A stretch of 64,000 bases of DNA from Oikopleura dioica (GCA_907165135.1 OU015569.1:1364001-1428000), one strand, 5' to 3'. Positions 1-14,100 are shown, counted from the first letter of the stretch. The notes: generated by a model from the letters alone, not told the origin. Translations and numbers: made by a program.

Positions 1-510
1 AGAGACATAGAATGATGTTCGTATAAATTCCAGCTGAAAGACGAAAAGTCGGTAAATCAGCCTTTTTAGAAGCGCAATCTTGCGGCGAAGGCCAGTGCGC
101 GCCTGGCCAATGAGCGCCAAGGGGAAAACTCTAAAAATGCTGTTATTTTTTTTGCGTTAGCCAGGGAACTCAAGCAGTTCTAGAATGCCTCCGAGAATGT
201 CTTTGAGCATAGAGAAGAGAATAGACGAAGGAATTAAAGAAGATTTGATTTCATCGCGATTTTTTAGAATTTGTAATTAAAAAAATTTTCTAATTAATAA
301 AAATGGTAATTCTCGTAAAAATTTTCTCCATTCAGAAGATTGGTAGAAATAAATTTTGGCCAAGAAATGATCCGTTGCGCTAGAAATTCGAAAAGTGCGT
401 GCATCATCATTCTGTGAATAACAAAAATTGTTGAATAGCCCTGCTCAACCTCTTTTTTCCTGATTCCAAAAATCAAAAGAACCGTTTTTTTTTCAGAAAC
501 AAAAAGATAA

Positions 511-1950
<1,440 letters not shown>

Positions 1951-2149
1951 AAAACGAATGAAACAGATAATTACTATACCATTCATCCACTTGAAACATG
2001 TTTTTTCCGATCTTATTATCTTCAGCTTCTGTCATATTTTCTTTCCCTCACTACAGCTTTTACATGTTACAGTTTTCACTGTAGTTAAATAAAATGACAC
2101 AGATACGTTAGATACTCAACAGTTGAGCTAACGAGTGGATTTTTTAAGG

Positions 2150-3177
2150 ATGTCGGGCTCATTAATTGACGGAATGGATGACCAGCAGTTAGACCAGGAA
2201 AGTGCTTGAAATTGTCATGTTCGAATTCAAGTCTAAAATGCGAGATAATGTTGATCAGTTTGAAAAAGCGCCTATCAGGCAACGATAAATGCACGTGAAA
2301 GCATCAACCGTCAAATTGCGGAAACAATTCCACTAATCGGCGAGAAAATCCCTCTTGAGTCCCTTATTCAAGACTTTTCCGACAGCGAAATGTTCCAGCA
2401 ACAAGTCAAGGTTTCTCTTTCTCTTTCAATCGTTATCACCAGCCATTAATTTAAAGATGCTGCTAGAGAGTTATAGAAGCGTCATCAAAATACGCCCGGA
2501 TGGAAACTGTTTCTACCGTGCCTTCTCTTTCGCCCTGTTCGAGACGCTTGTGGGAAATGCATCCGGCCGAGAAGAGCTCAAAGCACAATTCAAAAAGACA
2601 CGCGATTTCTTGATAGAAAAGCAAAACTACCCGAGCGTCACTGTTGACGATTTTTACGAGCAGAACGTCGACTTCATCGACGGAATCAGTGATTATAAAA
2701 CGAGCGAGGAGTTGCGCGTCGCAATGAGGTATTTAAATGGCTTTATTTGATCATTTTAACAAGGATTCTAGCGATGAAGGTTTTGCCAATTACATCGTTT
2801 GTTTCTTACGACTAGTCGCATCTGCAGAGCTGCAGCAGCAACCTGACTTTTACATTAACTTCTTGCCCGATGTTTCTTCCGTTCAAGACTTCTGCAGAAA
2901 GGTAAAAAATCTATTCAAATCATCAAATTATAAATGAGCAAGGATGTGGAACCTCTTGGAATCGACATCGACCACGTCGTCATCACTGCCTTATCCACCG
3001 GTCTAAGCGTGCCCGTCCGGGTCGCCTGTCTTGAGCAGCGCGAAGGAAAGCCACAGGTTCAACCCATTTCTGACGAGTGCTGTTGTAACCCATTTTAAGA
3101 TTATCGACTTCTTCAATGAAAACGCAAGCATTTCTCTTCTCTTTCGTCCAGGCCACTACGATATTCTGTACAACTAA
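2150..3177 (+). CDS. OTUB1: Otubain-type deubiquitinase
   Basis: IRPDGNCFYRAFSF catalytic Cys motif, YIVCFLRL and FRPGHYDILY catalytic His motif. Exon 1 joins via a GA-AG intron at 2198-2278. Confidence 0.9.
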
Positions 3178-3364
3178 GTTCCGCCGCCCGACTGCCTAAT
3201 TAACATTCAATGTCTCTTCTTTTTTCAATAAAGTTCACCAGAAAAACACAATTCTTTCCCCTTCAATTCAGATTTCAATCAACTTACCCCGTAATGCTTC
3301 AAATATAATGTGACCTTTTGAGCTACAGTAATTGTTAAATCACCGTTCAATTCAGACATTCGAT

Positions 3365-4298
3365 ATGTCGTCGAACGCTGCTTTGAAGGCAGGTGGCCAA
3401 ATCATCGGTCACCAGTTCGTGCCCGCCTACCAAGTGGCACGATTCCTGCCCCACCGTCACCGAGTCCTCAAGTTATACAAAAAAGCATGGCGTTCGATTT
3501 CTGCTCACAACGTCGACGCCTATGTCATGCGTCCGTATTTATCTACTCACATTATGTGTTTTGAACACGCCGTTCTACGTGCCCGATTTGATGAAAACAA
3601 ACATGTCACCTCGCTGGCGAAGGCTACTGAATTGCTTAAAGGTAGTAGAATGCTCCAAAGAGAGTTTCATCGAACACGATTTATTAGATGGAGAAGAAGA
3701 GTTCTGGCTGAATCAACACTACGCTCCAGATGAGCACGGAAAGCTCCCAGATTCGCCCGATGGCATGTCTTTCCAGCGATGGGCTCATATGATGCAGGAA
3801 AACAATGTCCTCAACGATTGGGGAGCTGACGATTGGGCTAGGTACCTTTCGGTCCTTCAATTCTTCAGCATTTGATTATTGTCTTTTAGATATCCAGATA
3901 TTTATGACAACTACAAAAAATGGAAAGCGCTCCGAAACGACACCTGGGAAGAAGAAATGCGAACTCTCGAGGTAAGACGCAGTGGGCCGATTTATTCGTG
4001 AGGCTTGCGCAACGAATTACATTCGCTCGTCAATCGGTCGTAAACTTTTATCAAAATTTGAGTACTACCTCCTTACAATTTGTTTTAGGAGGCCGATGCT
4101 GCCACTATTGCTGCCGGAGGCCGCTTGAGTGACGACTTCCCCGCCGCCAAAGAGGTTGATGGGCCACCACCATTCTGGTAGAGATTCTAGAGAAACAACA
4201 GTCGCTTAACACTTTTTAGGTGGCGATACGTCACCCGACCTCTCGAAAGGCCGCGACGACAAGACTTCGATGACATGTCCCTTTGGCACAACGATTAA
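3365..4298 (+). CDS. NDUFB9: NADH dehydrogenase 1 beta subcomplex subunit 9 (LYR family)
   Basis: VLKLYKKAWR LYR-like motif, LRARFDENK, EEEFW, PDSPDGMSF and PPFWWRYVTRP match NDUFB9. Introns near 3642-3687, 3841-3889, 3971-4088 and 4178-4219. Confidence 0.88.
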
Positions 4299-4406
4299 GT
4301 TCACTGCATTAACTATTTATTATTCTCTTTTTGAACAAGTAACATCCACAACAACGATACAACAAAGATGCTCGCCCTCACTAGCCTCCGTTATTTCAGA
4401 ACTGCG

Positions 4407-5729
4407 ATGGGTAAGCGCGTCTGCATTGTTGGCTCTGGCAACTGGGGCTCTGCCATTGCGAAACTTGCCGGTTTGAACGCTGCTACAAATCCTCTTTTCG
4501 AGAAAAAGTAAGTCGCTGGCTTTAATCTCCTTTTTTAATATTTTGCTTAAGTGTTAACATGTGGGTCTACGAAGAGATGGTCGAAGGCCGAAAGCTCACT
4601 GAAATTATCAACCAAGATCACGAGAACGTCAAGTACTTGCCCGGTGTCAAGCTTCCAGAAAATGTCATCGCCGTCCCAGAGCTCGTCGACGCTGCAAAAG
4701 ATGCCGACCTCTTTATCTTTGTTATCCCCCATCAGGTACGCGTCCGAGCCGCTTTCAAATACAAACTTGCAATTCTAGTTCATCGCCCGAACCGTTGCAA
4801 CCATGAAGGGTCACGTGAAAGAAGGGGCCGCCGCCATTTCTCTCATCAAGGGTATCAACATTACCGACAGCGGACTTGGCCTCATCTCTGACGAGATTCG
4901 AGAAGCGTTGGGAATCGATGTCTCTGTTCTTATGGGCGCCAACATCGCCAACGAAGTAGCCAGAGATCAGTTCTGCGAGTCGACTGTCGGAGGATTCGGT
5001 GAAAACGCCAAGGTTCTTATAAAATCAATCACTTCCAGTTCTAACGCCATTCTAGACCTTCAAGGCTCTTTTCCAGCGACCAACCTTCCGAGTCTCCATT
5101 TCCGAGGATCCCAAGACTGTTGAGCTTTGCGGTGCTCTGAAGAACATTGTTGCCTGTGGAGCTGGCTTCTGTGATGGCCTCGGTCTTGGCGACAACACCA
5201 AAGCTGCTATCATCCGGTAGGGAGACAGTTTGAAGTAGCCCCTTATTCTCTCGCGTTCTAGTCTCGGTTTGATGGAGATGATGGACTTCTGCAAGGTCTT
5301 CTTGTCCGAAGGAGAAGTAAAGAACCAAACATTCATGGAGTCCTGCGGCGTCGCCGATCTCATCACCACTTGCTACGGTGGCCGAAATCGAAAAGTTTCC
5401 GAGGCCTTTGCCAAAACCGGCAAGTCCCTTGATGAACTTGAGAAAGAAATGCTCAACGGTCAGAAACTCCAGGGATGTGTTTTAAAAACATTAGCTCAAG
5501 TATCGAGTAATGTTTATTTCATGCCTATTTTCAATAGTTGATAACGTTTTCAAAACGCGTTGAAAAGGGACCCGAAACAGCTCGAGAACTTCAGGGAGTG
5601 CTTACGAACAAGAAGATCTCGCCCGAGCGATTTCCATTGTTCACTTCTGTGTTCAAGTGCTGCTACGAAGGCGCACCCGTCGCCGACTTCCTCAAGGCTC
5701 TTGAGAACCACCCTGCCCATGGAAATTAA
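4407..5729 (+). CDS. GPD1: Glycerol-3-phosphate dehydrogenase [NAD+], cytosolic
   Basis: [58 protein letters not shown]. Last intron is GG-AG (5473-5567). Confidence 0.95.
5473..5567 (+). other. Non-canonical GG-AG intron
   Basis: Removal restores GPD1 QKLQ-GP. The nearest GT donor (5477) gives a stop or the wrong frame with the nearby acceptors. Confidence 0.75.
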
Positions 5730-6187
5730 CCTGACAACGACCAGTTACTAGTACATCGACTCACACTTGTTTTCCGACACTTGATCTTTCTGTGCAATCA
5801 AAGATTGAACCTTATTTATTCGCTCAAACCGTTAACGAAGAATAAACAATGTTTACTGTTACTGTACTGTGTGTGTCTGTGTCAAATCGTTTCGACAAAG
5901 CATTTCGCTCACTACTTCCGTTTTTGTTGTCATTTATAATCAATCGTAGCCTTAGAATTTACCTGTCAGTGTGATCAAGCCCGTTTTATCTAAGTACTGA
6001 TATTCTATTCGCAGTTCCACTATAATCTTAGAATATTAAAAAAATCAAGTTCCTCTGTGCCAAGTTTACCGATCAACTTCTTTCGTTACTGTTTGTTAAA
6101 AACAAGCTGACTTCTATAATCATCCTCCGTTAAACCCGGAAGCAAATAAATATAAACATTTTAAGTTATTCTGTTGTGTTCTTTATT

Positions 6188-8533
6188 ATGAGCTGGTTGG
6201 GTATCGCAGAAGGGGAGCGGATAAGAGCATGTGCGCCGATGGTCGATTTGAGCTGGCTCCCTTTTCGGAAACGGTCGGAAAAAAATAATTTTTCAATTGA
6301 AGTTTTTCGAACTTGATTCTCACCGCGATCATAGTCGTCTCGTTCACTCCAAGGGCGTTAATGTTAGTTGGACGCCAATGCACAACGCTCATTTGATAGT
6401 AAACGATTCTAAGTATCGGAAAAATGTTCTAGCAGATCTAAGAGATAGTCCCAGGAGAGTGGTTTGTCACTGCAGGTGCGAGATCCTGAGACATTATTGT
6501 TGGTGATCTTGAGAGAGACCAGTTTTCGTTCAAATGGCCGCTAATGACGTGGATTTATTTGTCGAAGCGATAAGGATTGTAAAGGACTGTTGCGATGCCG
6601 TAGATTTGAATCTCGGCTGTCCGCAGCATATTGCACGACGCGGTGGCTACGGCGCGTTCATGATGCTAGGGTCGTGGGATCTCATTGCCCGCTTGATAGA
6701 GGCAGGAAGTCGAATTCATCCAATAACAGTGAAAATCCGCGTCTTTGAGGAGATCGAGAAGACGGTTTCTTATGCTAAGGGAAGAGTGTGAATGTGAAAC
6801 CAATTTATTTTTTCATTGTTGAGTCATTGGTAATTACCAGTGATGAATTACCACAAGAATTTATAGACCAAAAATTCCTAACGAATTAATAATTTTCCTT
6901 TCTTTTTCCCATTTTCCTTTTGCAATCATTTAAAAGATGATCGAAGCCGCTGGCGCAAGGTTTGTTTTTTTTCAGTTTGAGTCGTTCTAAATTTAGTTTT
7001 AGCATCTTGACTGTACATGGGAGAACTATCGAACAGAAGAAAGAATTGACAGGATTAGCGAGTTGGGAACATATCAAGGGTACTGTTCAAATGAACAATG
7101 TTAAAAATCGGCTTGTATCTCTTGCGCCTCTTGATGACATTTTAGCTGTGAAGAACAAGCTCACCATCCCCGTCGTCTTGAATGGAAATATTCGATACTT
7201 CTCAGATGTCGAAGAAGCTTTTAGAGAAACTGGAGTCGACGGAGTTATGTCTGCCGAGGGCCTCCTCTCAAATCCCGGTATCTTTCTGCCAACAGTCGGT
7301 GAGTTTCACAAATTATATCTCAATGAGAGATGTTACTTGACTCTTTAGCAAAGATTGATCAGATTGTCGACGAGTTCATCGCCTTGTTTGAAGAAAACTG
7401 CGGGGGAGCGTCTTTGTCCAGCTTGAAGACATTTTTATTTCGAGTTTGGAAATCGGTGCTTCGAGAGAATCCGCAGCTAACATTCGATTTGGAAGCTTGC
7501 TCCTCGTTGGAACAATTCAAAGAGTGGAATGCTAGGGCGGGAAAGGAGTTTCCTACAGAGTGTGGACCTTTCATCCGCAAAGAAAGGGCTCAAGCGACGC
7601 TTACGGCAGATGAACGCCGGGTCAGAAACGAAAAGCGGCATCTAGAGCAAGAAGCGAAACGGAAGGAGCAAAAGAAACGAAAGAGACAAGAACGAAGGGA
7701 ACGAAAAAAGGAGGAAGGCGAGAAAGAAAAGGACGAGGAACGAGTCTCGAAAAAAGAGCGAATTCAGGAAGAGAAAAACAGACTCAACGCAGCTTCTCGA
7801 GAGTTGAGCCTAACAATTGCAATCGATCTGTCGTACTCGAAATCAATGAAGATGAAGGAAACGAAGAAAATGGCCGGCCAGCTTGCGAGGATACATGGCT
7901 CCAACCGGAAGAGCTCCAAGCCGGCGAAAATCTTTCTTACTTCCTTCTCTTCAGATGATTTGCTGTACAAAGAATGTGAGCGACAACACGAGGGATTTAG
8001 CAATTTCGGCTTTGAAATTGAATCTGAGAGGCATCAAGCTTGTTTTTCGAAGGAAGAACTTGTTGTTTTGTCCCCAGATGCGGATGAGCCGTTGGAAAGT
8101 GTAGAGTTGGGAAAAGTCTATGTCATAGGAGGTACGTTCACAGGAGAAGGGCATTTTTAAACCATTATTAGGCGATCTGGATGAATCATACAGCAATAAG
8201 CGCTCGCTGAACGACGCTCTGTCCCACCAACTTGTTTGTAAGCGACTTCCGATCGAGGAACACTTGGAAAGAGCGGACTCACATGCTAAGAATAGGCAAA
8301 GAGCGAAAAATACCATCCTATCTCCGAATCAGGAACGGCGAGAAATATCGTTGGCGAGTTGAGCGCACTAATCGCAATAATAATAACCGCGCTACAGATT
8401 TATAGCCCGTCGCGACTTTCTCACCGATTTGTTGAAGGTGTTTGATATTCTCTCTTTATACAACGAGACAAGTGATTGGAAGAAGGCGCTCATCACCCAC
8501 GTTCCTCTGAAAAAGGGCTTCAAATTGTGCTGA
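6188..8533 (+). CDS. Fusion protein: DUS1-like tRNA dihydrouridine synthase plus TRMT10-family SPOUT tRNA m1R9 methyltransferase
   Basis: N-half: [37 protein letters not shown]-half: IAIDLS, LSPDA, VYVIGG.LDE, KRLPI, NQVFDIL. The DUS helical domain, charged linker and start of the SPOUT domain lie in one stop-free exon (7349-8131). Confidence 0.85.
8333..8437 (+). other. Non-canonical GA-AG intron
   Basis: Removing CAG|GAACGG...TTGAAG|GTG restores the conserved TRMT10 motif NQ-VFDIL. In-frame stops lie inside. Confidence 0.85.
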
Positions 8534-8580
8534 AACTCTATTTAGCTAGAATGACAAATAGTAATCGTTCTTTTTTTAGA

Positions 8581-9372
8581 ATGTTTGATGGAACACCATG
8601 CCATACGCTTTACATCAAAAACCTCAATGACAAAATCAAGAAAATCGAACTTACAAGACAGCTGTATTCAATTTTCTCTTCATATGGCATGGTAAAAACA
8701 ACTTTATCTTACTCAATAACTAGTTTTTTTTTAGGTACTAGACATCATGGTTTCGAGGGCTCCGAAATTGAGGGGACAAGCTTTTGTCACTTTCAAGGAT
8801 ATCTCAGATGCGGCGAACGCGATGAAGAGAATGCAGGTAAATGCTCGATTTATTGAGAACGTCTTTTGACTTTATATTTGAAGGGTTTTCCATTCTACGA
8901 AAAGCCGATGATGGTTTCGTATGCTAAAAGAGAATCGCACGTGATCACGCAAGCGAAGAAATACGTTCCTCCAAAGGACGAGCGCACTCTCGCCAAAGGT
9001 TGATACTCATTTTCACTTCTTTTTTTAACTGATATTTTCAGAGACAAACGCAAAAGTTGCCGCCAAAAAGAAAACGGGTGGAGAAGAGGAGGAACCAGCG
9101 GCGACGATCTATGTCGAAAATCTCCCCGACGAGGCCAACGAGAGTATGCTCAATCTCCTTTTCTCCCAATTTCCTGGCTTCAAGAAGAGCCGACCTATCC
9201 CTGCAGGAGGAAAAGGTAACGAGTCGTTACTAACGACAGCCATCAATTGAAAAATATTTCAGCTTTTGTCGAGTTTGCGGACCCCGGCGCTGCAACTAGC
9301 GCCAAAGATGCTCTCCAAGGATTCAAAGTCACTCCAGATCGTCCCATCAAGCTCTCCTTTGCGAAGAACTAA
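8581..9372 (+). CDS. SNRPA: U1A/U2B''(SNF)-family snRNP protein, two RRMs; RRM1 specificity loop is U1A-like
   Basis: [33 protein letters not shown] (U1A: ILDILVSRSLKMRGQAF), GFPFYEKPM, second RRM IYVENLP...LFSQFPGFK...IKLSFAK. Confidence 0.85.
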
Positions 9373-9823
9373 GCTTCCTTTCTTTTGGAAGTCAAGTTCA
9401 TTAATTTCATTTAGGTCAATTTCTCTCTCACTCACTCCCCATTTACCACTCCTACTGTGCACACTGATGTCCTCAGACCAATCACTGCCGTTCTGTATAA
9501 TTTCAAAGACATTCTAGCAAAAGTGCTGTCGACTACTGAGAAACCAGAGTCAGATACTACCTTTGATACTCTCTTGGTTACAAAAGTCGATTCGCACCAG
9601 TCGATCGCTTGTCTTTGAAATGACCGGTGCAGCTCGGTTCCCCGAGTTGAAGCGTCGCCTCAACAACTCAGCCGAGATGCTATCCAAATGCTCGCAGTGT
9701 GCTTGTCAGTAACTGTTAGAGATTTATTTCCTTCTTGAAACAACTTGTGTTGTGAGAAACAGGGAGATTCTTTTTCACTCTTATTTTAAGATTGAGTGCT
9801 AATTCTTTTCGGTGGAGACGAAA

Positions 9824-10654
9824 ATGGGGTGCTCAAACGCATGTCCTGCAATTTTAAGAATCAACAGATGGGCAATCATTATCGTTTCGGCTTTCTCCCT
9901 CTTCGCTTTGACCCTCTTCGTAATTAGTAAGTGAGAGTACATCTGGGCTCAGCAACCTGTATAGAGACAGGCTTCGTTTTTTCGAGACCTGGAGTAGATA
10001 AAAATGGAACTTGAAATCAACGAGGAGAACCAGAGTTGACATTTCATTTCAGAGAAAACTTCAACAGAGTGTCCCTACATCAAAGACAAAAAGATGCACT
10101 ACTACTTCTACGCAACAATCGCCGCTGGACTCTTCACGCTTGCTGCTTTCTGCATCGGTATGACTAGTCGTTTACTAGCTTGATTTAATCGAAACTCTTC
10201 AGGGCGGTGCATCCAAATGCGCAAGAATAACAGCAGTAACAAGTCTCATTGGCAGTTCAAATTCAACATTCCTGCTCTTTGCTTGAACATAGCCCCGTTA
10301 ATTTTCGGTATTTACGTTCTGGCCTCGGCTGAGGGCGAGCGTACTTCGGAACTCGACAAAAACCACGCATATCCAGAGAATTATTGCTACCCTCTCATGT
10401 GGAAAGCGTTCCTCGCCGCAATCATAACCTCATCAATATTCCTCGCCTACTGCTTCGTCGAAATCCTCATTATTCGCTGTTGCCTCTGGGACGTGGCCGA
10501 CAAAAACGATCCTTCTCGTGAGAATCTGCGGATGAGCTACCGCCATACGAAACCGAAAAAGACGAGTTCGTCTCGTTTAGCCGGACACTCTCGCTCTGGA
10601 CGAAATAATTATCATCGAGGCTCTGCTCATGATCCTTTTGGCACCGCTCACTAG
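9824..10654 (+). CDS. Uncharacterised four-transmembrane protein (TMEM272-like Cys pattern, tentative)
   Basis: Three exons (GT-AG introns after ~9926 and ~10158) give four hydrophobic segments, with CP after TM1 and YC before TM4. The 3' end frame is uncertain. Confidence 0.55.
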
Positions 10655-11101
10655 AATATTTTTAAATTTACGCTCTTCTATAGTTTCTCTTTCTCTGTAT
10701 CATTCGCCTATTACTATCTACAGTTGTAAATAAGCCATTTCTGTAAATTCTCAAAACTCATTGGAACTTTTTTTCATTTTCTGCAAATTTTTGAAGCCAG
10801 CAATTTTCATTCTATTCATTCTTATTTAATCTTCCTTTAGTGAATTACATCTTCGATGACTTGTGACACTTTTTACTGACCTCGCTCTATTGAAATTTCG
10901 AATCAGATCTGTTTTTATTCCTTACCTCTTTTTACAGCCTTGAACGACGGATATGAATAAGTTAACTGTAAAACTTTTGTGTTAATATCGATTCCGCTGC
11001 CCCAATAAAAATGATGCTGTTATTTTTTGATTTCAGCCATCGACTCGACTTGAGCCATCAATGAGGATTGATCCGCACAATCGAACATGAAGATTTCTTA
11101 A

Positions 11102-14100
11102 ATGGGTGCAAATCAGGTTCGTTCGCTAGAGATTCACGCTCATTAGGCATTCACTGTAATTAGAGAAAAAGTCGATGTCCATGTGGCGTTTTTATAGTGA
11201 TATTTCAGGGTCGGCCGGCGAAACCTGAATCCCAAGGGAAGGGCTACCATCAACATGCTCCCCGGCTGCATGCGACCGCCAATGGGATCATTAATAAGCC
11301 TGTGCCTGTCCCTGGAAATGTGAGTGTTTATTTTCCTTGTCCATTTTTAAATACAGATATTTTCAGAAGGTTATCAGCGCCGGAGCGAAAGTTCTCGTCA
11401 ATGGGCAGCAAAGTGGATCTTATGACGGTAAGTAAAGGCTTTACTGAGCTGATGATAACGAAAGTAATTTTGTTCTTGTGTTTGATCAATCCTTTTTATA
11501 AGTCGCATTCAGTGACGATCATAAGTTCATCTTCGAATGATGGTTGTCAGCGGGGAAACTTTCTTGTTCCAATAAATTCCGTCGATATCATGCAACCATC
11601 GAGGCAACAAGAAGATCTAGCTCGCTATCCCTGGTTCCACGCTGGCATCAATCGCGAAGAGGCAAAGATCCTGCTCGACAGTGGAGTCGACGGTTCTTTT
11701 CTCATCAGAAACTCTGAGACCCAAGCTGGCCACTTTTCAATCTCGCTACGAGCACATGAAGAGCGAGAAGGAGCATCGAAAGACACGATCTATCACTACA
11801 GGATTCAGTACGTGGACGGGCTGTACCACATCACTCCTAGCCATCGATTCAAGTTCTTGTCCGATCTAGTAGAGCATCATCGGCAGAATCCTGACGGCTT
11901 AATAACAACACTTCGCTGTCCCGTCATTAGGCGCAGTTTTAATGCCCACAATGATCCACTGGATGAATGGGAAATCGACCGGCAACTTGTCTCCATAGAA
12001 AGCAGGCTTGGATCTGGTCAATACGGCGACGTCTATCGCGGAACCTACTCCCTAGGGATGGGACGCCGTCGATTGCCGTCGCCATGAAAACTCTTCGCGA
12101 CGAGAATCAAGTTTCCGACGATTTTCTCAAGGAAATGGCAGTCATGAAAAAGCTGCGTCATCGAAATCTACTCCCGCTAATCGGCGTCGTATCGAGGGAC
12201 AAACCGTATTTGCTCATCACCGAATTCATGAATCAAGGCAGCTTACTTGACTTCATTAAAAACGCGAATCCGATTACAATCAATCACTCCGTGCAACTTA
12301 GAATTGTTCTCCAGGTAGAGCAAACTCCAAAACTAGATAAAAAAATTAATTTCAATGAATTAGATTTGCGACGCAATGAAATATCTTGAACGCGAAAACT
12401 TCATTCACCGAGACCTGGCGGCGCGCAACTGTCTTGTTAAAGCCGACGATTGTAGCGACCAGCCGTTAGTGAAAGTTGCTGATTTCGGCCTCTCTCGTTT
12501 AGTCGACCCAGACGAAATCTACACTGCTTCGCAGGGCAAGAAATTCCCGATCAAGTGGACAGCACCTGAAGGCATCTCGCACAAGCGCTTTTCTGTCAAA
12601 TCTGATGTCTGGTCTTTTGGCGTTCTCTTTTGGGAAGTCAGCTCGTACGGGCTACAACCTTATCCAGGCATCGACATAGCGAACGTCTTCAGTATGCTTG
12701 AAAACGGAAAGAGATTGGACCAGCCTGACAACTGTCCAAGGGACTCTTATGATCTCATGAAGAAGTGTTGGCTCTGGGAACCTGACCATCGTCCTTCGTT
12801 CTCCAGCCTCTACGAGCGTCTGCTTCAGCTGATCGATCGAGAAAAGCGTTCAACAAATGGAGCTCCTGCTCTTCCAGACTACAGAAATCACCCATCAGTC
12901 AGGGAAGCTCCCGGTCACTTTTCGCCGAATATGAAGAGAGCTCAACCAACTCGACCTACATCCACCAGACCTTTGATGACATCCCACAATTCAGCATCTC
13001 ATATTCGAGAAAGACCTCACACAGCGATGGGTACCTCTCATGAGCAGCCATTTATTGTAAGTATTACCATTCACTACTGGACATTATTTTTAATTTCAAA
13101 ATAGCGAAACGAGCCCAAAAGAAAATCAGCTGGACTTCTTTCTCGGCTGAAACAGTCTTTTGGAAAAGGGAAGAGCAAGAAAACGCGTCCCCCTCAAAGC
13201 CAAGCCCTGCGAAATCCGAATCAAGCTGGCCCCGACGTGCTGCACCACCCTATGAGCTACCAGCAGCCAGTCCATCTCCACCAGCCAAGCAGTATGAACG
13301 CAGTTCCGAAATTCTCTTCCCAGGTCGCTACTCATAATCTTCATCATCATCACGCTTCGCACTTATCCCAGCATGAAGAGCCAATTCCTGACTTTTGGTT
13401 GTCGGGCAAGCAGCCACCAAATCACAGTAGGGAATTGGCGAAGCCCGTTCCCCTCAAACCACCTCGTCGCAGTCGCTCTCGGTCAGTTGAAAACCGCTAA
13501 ATAGCATTAAACAATAACCCGTTCAGCTCAAAGTCCGGTTCCGGCTCCTGCAGTTCACCTTCCTCCCAACCTCCTCTAGCTTTACCTCTTCCGCAAGCTC
13601 ATTCCTCACTCTTTTACGACACTCGAAATTTCAACTTATCAGAGTTGGGTTCTCCTCAAGTTGTTGAGCTAACTCCAACAAACTCCCAAGGTAGCAAAAT
13701 GCGCATATAAATATCATTTTCAAGCAGCGAATTCAGAAAATATCTGCGAAAACTCCTCGCAGAGTGACTTTTCATCGCTCCATTCAAGCGGAGGCCACGT
13801 TCAATATCAAAAAAGACCTCTCAAAAAACCACCTGGTGAGTTTTCAAAGACTCACCGTATTTCTCAAGCTTTCAGTTCCTCCTCAAGAAAAAATACACTC
13901 TCATGAGCGAATAAGCGACTTAGGCGCGCTTCATGGGCAACCAGGCCAGTCCGACGCTCGAACAGCCGAGCAAGACTTCGCAAAGGACGTTCAAACTTTG
14001 CTCTGTCTTCAAGTAAGCTCTATAAGCCTGGAAGATGACGACATAAAGTTCCTTCTATTCAGACGCGCCTTGTAGAGAGTCTGTCAAGTTCAATCAACAA

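Noticed and set aside
185-417. Small two-exon ORF (MPPRMSLSIEK...) before PSMC6
   Set aside because: Needs a non-canonical donor, has no recognisable motif, and is only ~50 aa.
9373-9620. U1A autoregulatory PIE element in the 3' UTR
   Set aside because: No ATTGCAC or ATTGTAC boxes; the nearest match (ATTCGCAC) is imperfect and single.
11497-11580. Apparent second frameshift in the Abl SH3 remnant
   Set aside because: Using the acceptor CATTCAG at ~11512 keeps the frame without an indel.
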